NCBI GenBank assembly: GCA_964016885.1
Contig: OZ024742.1
Location: 354,268,001-354,332,000 of the forward strand
Reading direction: 5' to 3'
Source of the DNA: Eledone cirrhosa
Taxonomy: Eukaryota
DNA length: 64,000 bases
A program made the position numbers and the translations under genes. The notes beneath the pieces were generated by a model. The model was given only the letters and a program-made list of their open reading frames with translations. It made no database searches and was not told the DNA's origin. Below, piece by piece: positions 57,169 through 64,000 of the stretch (its first letter is position 1; every line of letters begins with the position of its first letter).

Positions 57169-57250
57169 CCTTTACCGCGATGTTTCAAATCCCAAAATAA
57201 ATGGATAATCCAGGCGGACCACCATTGAGAAGGGAATTCTCATCAGAAGG
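57169..57250 (-). ncRNA. Type I hammerhead inside fold-back insertion 57095-57580
   Basis: CCUU-CUGAUGA-GAAUUCCC...GGGAUUU-GAAA-CAUCGCGG-UA-AAGG. The inverted arm at ~57488 preserves the palindrome GAAA-CCGCGCGG-UA-AAGG. Confidence 0.72.
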
Positions 57251-58404
57251 TTCTTCTCACTCAGAGAATATAAAATTCCCGAGTTCAAATCACAAACTGG
57301 CGCCATACAAAACTGTTCCCAGATGAGAGTGAATGAGGAAGGGACCAATTCTGTCTAGTGCCTTGTGTAAAGACAGAAGGCAAGCGAGGACAGGTCAATG
57401 TCCTGCTACTAGAAATAGAAGCAGTTCAAACGAACAACATGTTATCTCTACCTTAGGGGAGATTAATAATAATAAAGTATGGTATTTGAAACCGCGCGGT
57501 AAAGGTACATATAGTAAATACAGCGAACTCTTTAAAATTTATTTTAAAGCTTTTTCTCTATTTGCTAAACCTTGATTTTATATGTTCTGGCTCGTTAACT
57601 TATTACCCTGCCATAGAACCACATTGGCATACGGTTGGATAATACTTGTATCCATATATGTATTTTTTACACGTAGGAACCATGCATAAGCATGGGATTT
57701 TTACAGCTAGAAATTTTCTATCTGAATATATATCTTTATATTAGTATACTGGGAGAGTAGTGGGCTGAAACGATGATGTATTCATGCGTAGTGGATGTGT
57801 GTGTCTCAGCGTATTATAACATTGTGGTACTACAATGCGATCAAACGATGACATCAGTTAATTTGATGGTGGATTATATGAGGGCTTTTTATTGGAATAA
57901 TGTCGGAAATTAAAGTGTGATAGAATTATTTCGGACTGCATAAATAATATAGTTACATACGAAGCACTGAGTGACACTTATGTCGGTCGGTTTCATTACG
58001 ATATCTTTGTAGCCTTAGAATCTGAGTGGAGCAGACCTTATGATGAGGATGATATTATTGGTTCATGAATGTTAAAGGAAGTTGACATTTTTGAGATACG
58101 GCGGCAGCAGGCGTCTACGAAGAGATTTCATGAATGTGTCTCATCTTTTGTGGCGGAAACTTCAGGTCAATTGTACGACAATGCATACGTCTTTATCTTT
58201 ACGCAGTTTGGGTTCAAATAAATACTATATGTATACAAAACGTAATTCTAGTGAACCAAAAAGGCCCTGCTTCCTTTAATTTTTCATTTTGAATCATGTT
58301 ATCAATATGATGGCATTGCGGTGTAGTATCTTCTATGTTAAAGTGAAACTAAGTTTGGTATTTTATCCCTATTGGTATTTTGATAATTAAAATAATCTAA
58401 TAGA

Positions 58405-59720
58405 CATCATCCTCTTCTGGTTGTCCATCGTAAACGATCATGACATCTACTTTATTTTACTTCCCCTCTGCCATGGGCACGAAGGTGGCTGTGAAGGCCG
58501 ATCCTTCACTTGCAGGTCCGGGGATAGTTGGGGCAGGGGAAGAGACCGGAATCGCTAGGGGCATCTGTTGATGCATTTTTTCTCCTTTCACTGGCCTCAG
58601 TGCCCTCTGCCGTCTCTTCTCTTCAAAATAGTCTTTGGCACGTCTGGTAAGGGCTCGCCACTCAGTCCTGTCCTAAGCATGATACTCGAGTTGTTTTGGT
58701 GCGATTCCAGTGCTGTTGATACTGGACTTCACGCAGTCTTTGAACCTCTTGAGAGGCCTGCCCCGCTTTCGTTTCCCCGAACAGAGTTCCCCATACATCA
58801 GTTGCTTCGGAAGCCTGTCATCGTCCATCCAGATGACATGTCCCACCCATCGAAGTCGGCTCTTCTGTATCATAGCTTCGACACTAGTTGTCTCAGCCAT
58901 CTCAAGAACTTCGAGGTTGGAGACCTTGTCTTGTCATTTGATGTTCATGACTGAACAAGGAGATTTCCCTATCCATGAGGGTGCGCACATTCCATGCGCC
59001 AGGAATCAACTTCTTTCTATTATATTGCATTCTACCGCTTGCAAGATTAAAATCGCCAGCCGCGGTAGACTGGCCGGTTTTGTGTGGTACGAGCACTGGG
59101 TTAGGGCTCCTTTTATCCCCCCTCCCATCGTGCGCGGGTGAGCAGTGCTGCCCTGAAAAGGGCTGCTCAGTCGCCCGGTGGAACGCCTGATCTCCTCTCT
59201 CATCCACGCTAAAGAAGAAACCTGTGTGGGAAAGGTTTATAGTGGGAGGGCAAGTGCACAGTCACGGTCCCCCTAACTCGGCCGCAAAAGCCAGAATCAG
59301 GTGGTACGGAGGACCGTCACAACCCGGGAATTCCTTGGATGCAGTGGATGGCCACGACGTCTGTAGTGCCTTGCCGTGCCCTATCACTCCACACCGCTTG
59401 CTGTTACCGGCTTAGTGACTGTTGGGACGATGCTGTCCTCCTCCACTCACTCAGGCCGGGTCCAGTCTTCGCATGTAGAGGCAGGCTTCCCCTATCTAAC
59501 TCACCAGGGGGCTATAGACCCATCCGGCTACCTTCAATCTGGTTCTGCCCGCCAGCCTAGTCGGTTTACCGGGTTGTGGCCGCTGGCGCATGCTACAGAT
59601 TCTTGAGCCAACAGGTGAGAACTGAGTGTCAGGTGGGACCCAATACAGGACGAGCTGCCCTGAAAGGGGCATGGCTAGACCCCCCTACAGAGGCACATGC
59701 CCCTCCCTGACACCCCAGGC
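58405..59720 (-). mobile_element. Internally deleted RTE/BovB-like LINE
   Basis: GC-rich 5' UTR, ORF start KLIPGAWNVRTL (APE motif I) joined at ~58960 directly to C-terminal RLRWVGHV.WMDDDRLPKQLMYGEL..GKRKRGRP..RFKD. Confidence 0.8.
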
Positions 59721-60131
59721 ATATACACACGTATATACATACACATACATATGTACATGGATATATACAGATTCACACATTTTTGGATGGCCGTTGACTT
59801 TATCAGTTCTTCCGCCCTTTGTCAGGTTTTGTTTTTTGTCCTGCAGGGTGTCCAAATTCACCCTCGTCACCAAGTAATCTTGGTTGGGTTGCCAGTTTAG
59901 TCGTCGACGACCCGACTATACGTCAGGTTGTACTAGTTCTCATGTTACCAGTAGCACTCAAGAGTGAACTGACATCATACAGACTGGAATATTCATATTG
60001 CGGTACATTGATTCCGGCATCATTTTAGGAAACATTCTCAAACATAGGGGCTGAAATAAATTACAAATATTCATTACAATAAAGATACTACCGTATGCCT
60101 TACACTTATGAATAAGAAAAATTATTTAGAG

Positions 60132-60320
60132 TTGGATTGGCAGTATCGGTAGAGAGTCGGACGCCATGCTTTGCAGCACAGAGTTACGCCCCTTTGTGAT
60201 CTGAGTTCAAATCCCGCCAAGGTGAACTTTGCCTTCCATCCGTACGGGGTCGATAAAATAAAGTACCAGTAATGCAATGGTTAATTTGCTGGCCTTGTGC
60301 CGAAAGTAGTAACAATTATT
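60132..60320 (+). mobile_element. tRNA-derived SINE (family 1)
   Basis: Box B gagttcaaatccc; homologous to 18596 and 19140 copies. Confidence 0.8.
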
Positions 60321-60885
60321 TAGTGAAACACACCGGGGAAAACATGTTTTGGAAAGAAATATAAATACCAAAAATGAGAGAAAAAGGAGGGGAAGGGTAA
60401 GGACATTTAGACAAATGAAGAATGAAAGAGGGAAGACGATGAGGTCTTACGTTGTAGTTGTCAGAGCGGTGCTTACACTGAGACCTACGAATAATTGCCA
60501 GTGACGCACACTGCAACGTACACCACCATCTTGTATCTATATGAAGTGTTATTTTGTGAAGGATAGGTATGTAATTATTCCTCGTTTTAAGAATGTAACA
60601 TGAAGCTACAATTATGTCTACACATTAATTAACCGTATCCATTCAGATGTATCTAAATGTCATCGCCGGATAAGTGTTTATTTTCAAATTTAACATAACA
60701 GTTGACATTTCCTTGAAAATTAAAATAATCATATATTACAAAATAAGCTTTAAAAAGTAAATTAATTTTTTCATTAAACAAGCCATTTAGCTAAGCTGGT
60801 GATTAAACACCCCGGAGAGCAATATTTCAATACGTTTATCGACGTAGAAACTCCCACTCACACATAGTCATTTGTTCATCTATCT

Positions 60886-60981
<96 letters not shown>

Positions 60982-61159
60982 ATATATATATATTGGAAAA
61001 TCTGTGAAATCCTTTGTACAGTCAGGTATATTTGAAAAAAGGAAAATTCTGATTAACTTGAAGTTCTGAAAAATTTAATTTTACAATATTATAAAATTAA
61101 ATGGTTTAGAGCTGCATGTGAAGTCTTTTCCTTTTTTCAAATGTATATATTGTATATAG

Positions 61160-61252
<93 letters not shown>

Positions 61253-61419
61253 TGTGTGTGTGTATATGTGTGTGCGTGCGTGTGTGTGTGTCTGTGTCTG
61301 TGTGTGTCTGTGTATGTCTGTGTGTGTGTGTGTGTGTGTGTCTGTGAGTGTGTTTGTGTCTCTGTATCTCTGGCTGTGTCTGTGTCTGTGTATTTGTGTC
61401 TGTGTGTGTCTGTGTTTTA

Positions 61420-61600
61420 AGGCACTTGACTTATTGGTTGGATTCATAATTGTGAAGTCCCGAGTTCGATTCCTGGACAGGTTGTAATGTCGTAATCTTG
61501 AGCAAGACATATTATATCACGTCACACCAGTTCTCTCATCTTTAGAAATGGGTTGAACGCACATCTGACTCCGCATCATACCCACGAGTGGCTGTGTGCC
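61420..61600 (+). mobile_element. tRNA-derived SINE (family 2), decayed
   Basis: gagttcgattcc box B and cttgagcaagaca, as at 8057-8330. Confidence 0.6.
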
Positions 61601-61765
61601 TGATGTGCATTTCTGTGTATATGTGTGTATGAAGGGATGCATGCCTACTTGTGTGCAAGGATATATACGGGCGTGTCTGTCCGTGTGTGTGTGTATACGT
61701 TTACACCCACGCTCACAATTAGTTCCCCCACTCGCGTGTATGTACACATGCATGTGTATATATAC

Positions 61766-61808
<43 letters not shown>

Positions 61809-61897
61809 GATGTGTGAGTGTGCATGAGGGTGTCTGCGTGTGCATAGATATATACGAGTGTGTCTGCGTGTGTGTGCACACATATATATGTATATCT

Positions 61898-61937
<40 letters not shown>

Positions 61938-61964
61938 CCGGTGACCAGATGTGTTTAGTATTAT

Positions 61965-62092
61965 TAATAATTGTTTCTACTTTAGGCACAAGGCCACCCA
62001 TTTCCCAGTGCATTACTGGTACTTTATTTTATCGATCCTGTAAGGATGAAAGGCAAAGTCAACCTCGGCGGGATTTGAACTCAGATCGTAAA
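61965..62092 (-). mobile_element. tRNA-derived SINE (family 1), 5'-truncated; a decayed plus-strand relative follows at ~62110-62315
   Basis: Reverse complement of the family 1 body and tail. Confidence 0.72.
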
Positions 62093-62789
62093 TGTGTTAT
62101 TTTCAGTGCAGTGGAATAGGAGTATCGATCGAGCGTCGGAGAACATGCTTTTCTGCATAGAGGGACATCCCTTTACATTCTGATTTCAAATCCCGCTGAT
62201 GAAGTGTCATCTTTACGTGGTTCACAAACTATAGTAATATTAAGGCATCTTTGTCGATTTAACCAGTTTTCTCTTCCCACAAACTGGTTGGCTTGTGTCT
62301 ATATCAGAAACCAATATTGATTGGCAGATTATCCATTAGAAAATCGGTCAAATGTTTGTCAGTAATTTTTTTTTATTTTTAATTTCTAGTTTTAGTTCAT
62401 TGAGAAGTAGACACAAATGGCATTGCACTTAAAATAGAAATGCCTTTAATCATCTATTTAAAGTCATTACTAGGATTATTAATCAAACGATTTTTTTTTT
62501 CCTTTTCCAATTGTCAAAGCTTTGTCTCCCGCATCCTGCGGAATTTGTAGTGACATGTGTTCTTGTTTCTGACTAGCTCCTGTTACTGCAATTGTTTCAC
62601 TTTTCTTTGAATTACTGCATTATATGTGGTTTCTGAATGGTTATATGTGTGGGGAGTAATGTGTACATGGATCTGTGTGTATGTGTATGTATGTGTGTGT
62701 GTCTATGTTTCTTTGACCTTGTTCCCATAGAAATCTCTGTGCCAGCACCTTCCTGCCATATTGGTGTATAGCACCTAGAGTTGGTGGTC

Positions 62790-63640
62790 CAAACAAGAAA
62801 TATGTAAACCCTAGAAACTATAGAAGAATTAAATAAAGAAAATACCTGTGGTTTAATCCAATCTTCAATTCCTCTGTAAAAACTAGACTGCCTTCTACGT
62901 TTTTTAAACTAATTGATAAGCACTTTCCTATATTACATAGATATCATAAAATCCTCAATAGAAAAACTAAAAATTCTCATGCTCTACGGCTGCAAATATA
63001 GAATCCCACATACGCAAGATCAACCACAGAAATACCTCTAGGGAAACCACCCCAATTATGCGCAACATAGCACCAAATTCTAAACATAAACACATCACCG
63101 TATCACAACCGCAGACGCATACGAGCGCGCCGCAGCAAAACCTTAACGGGCATGAATTCCAACCCACTTATAGCAGTGTACAAAACAGTAGTGTGGAAGC
63201 TGCACGGAAAAACAACTCAAACTGCAATTGTCACCTACCAGATAGGTGCCCATTGGCGAACAGGAGCCTTGAATCGAACCTAGTGTACATGTGTACGGTG
63301 AACTCGGGCAACTCCACTTGGCATTACATTGGCGCCACCGCGGGTACGTTTAAAAAAATGATGGTATGTGCACAGACATTCGATGACGAACCGTGCACTA
63401 ATAGGTTCTACAACCCTCGCCAAAAAAATCTGGGAACTTAAGGACAAAAACATTGACTACAATTTCAACTGGTTGATGTTGTCGTCCGCAAGGGCATATA
63501 GTGCTATTGTAGGCTCTGCGACCTTGAATTACTGTATATCCTTAGGAACGATAAAAGGCTACTCAACAACAACATAGAAAGGTCAATTTTCAGCAGACAC
63601 AGGATCGCTACTAAATTCACAAGTTTTAAGCCACCGTGAT
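62790..63640 (+). pseudogene. Decayed 3' half of a Hydra-type PLE ORF (linker plus GIY-YIG)
   Basis: LWFNP, CNCHLPDRCPL, NLVYMC..YIGAT..FK, IWELKDKNIDY, LCDL. Confidence 0.8.
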
Positions 63641-64000
63641 TCGAACCAACATAACTTAGCATTCAACATATGAAATCAGCACTCTCACACAGACAACCAC
63701 AGAACTATAATATTCTTTAAACAGCTTCTAGCCTCCTTAATTCTATACCACAGTAATGCCTGTAAATATCTTATCAACCCATAAATATATCTCTTCTCGG
63801 CTGCTGTCAACACCACCTCCTCACTTTGATTTTCAACAGATGAACTTAATTCTAAGTACATTATTTGACTACCATCACAGTCCTTGGAATATTTCCCTCC
63901 TCCTGTTGTTATAATGAACACCACAATGTATCCGTAATAGTATTCATCATGTTCTCTCTATATATACCTTGCTTTCTTAAACTCTGTATTACCTTATTGC

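Noticed and set aside
58009-58222. Coding-looking segment after a possible splice acceptor (LESEWSRPYDEDD...)
   Set aside because: It has an in-frame stop, no recognisable homology and no partner exons; RNA-seq or BLASTX would be needed.
59847-60003. Possible host exon after a polypyrimidine tract and CAG
   Set aside because: No recognisable protein similarity, and it is adjacent to LINE debris.
62196-62230. CUGAUGA motif
   Set aside because: No stem II, GAAA or stem I partner; it lies in a decayed SINE body.

Overview
This is AT-rich, gene-poor eukaryotic DNA, most likely from a cephalopod/octopus-type mollusc (inferred from the tRNA-SINE families and the dense (TA)n/(CA)n microsatellites). 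I cannot support any host protein-coding gene; the many 'IYIYIY' ORFs are microsatellite artefacts. The window is a nest of retroelements inserted mostly into (TA)n: several Penelope-like elements (two near-full-length Hydra-type, one decayed Neptune-type, and fragments), a Tx1/L1 LINE, an R4/Dong-type RLE LINE, RTE and CR1-like remnants, tRNA-SINEs, two head-to-tail non-autonomous Helitrons and a TTAA MITE. The main hidden signal is RNA-level. By eye I count more than 30 type I hammerhead ribozyme motifs (intact or decayed) from about 12 sequence families, nearly all with a tiny palindromic stem III. Several lie in ORF-less tandem arrays with units of 310, ~559, ~520 and ~400-430 bp. The clearest is a near-perfect 9.75 x 310-bp array (686-3708) with one hammerhead per unit and an inverted 5' piece, the structure expected for a retrozyme or self-cleaving circular RNA copied by rolling-circle reverse transcription using Penelope-type enzymes. 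All structures were folded by eye and no searches were run.
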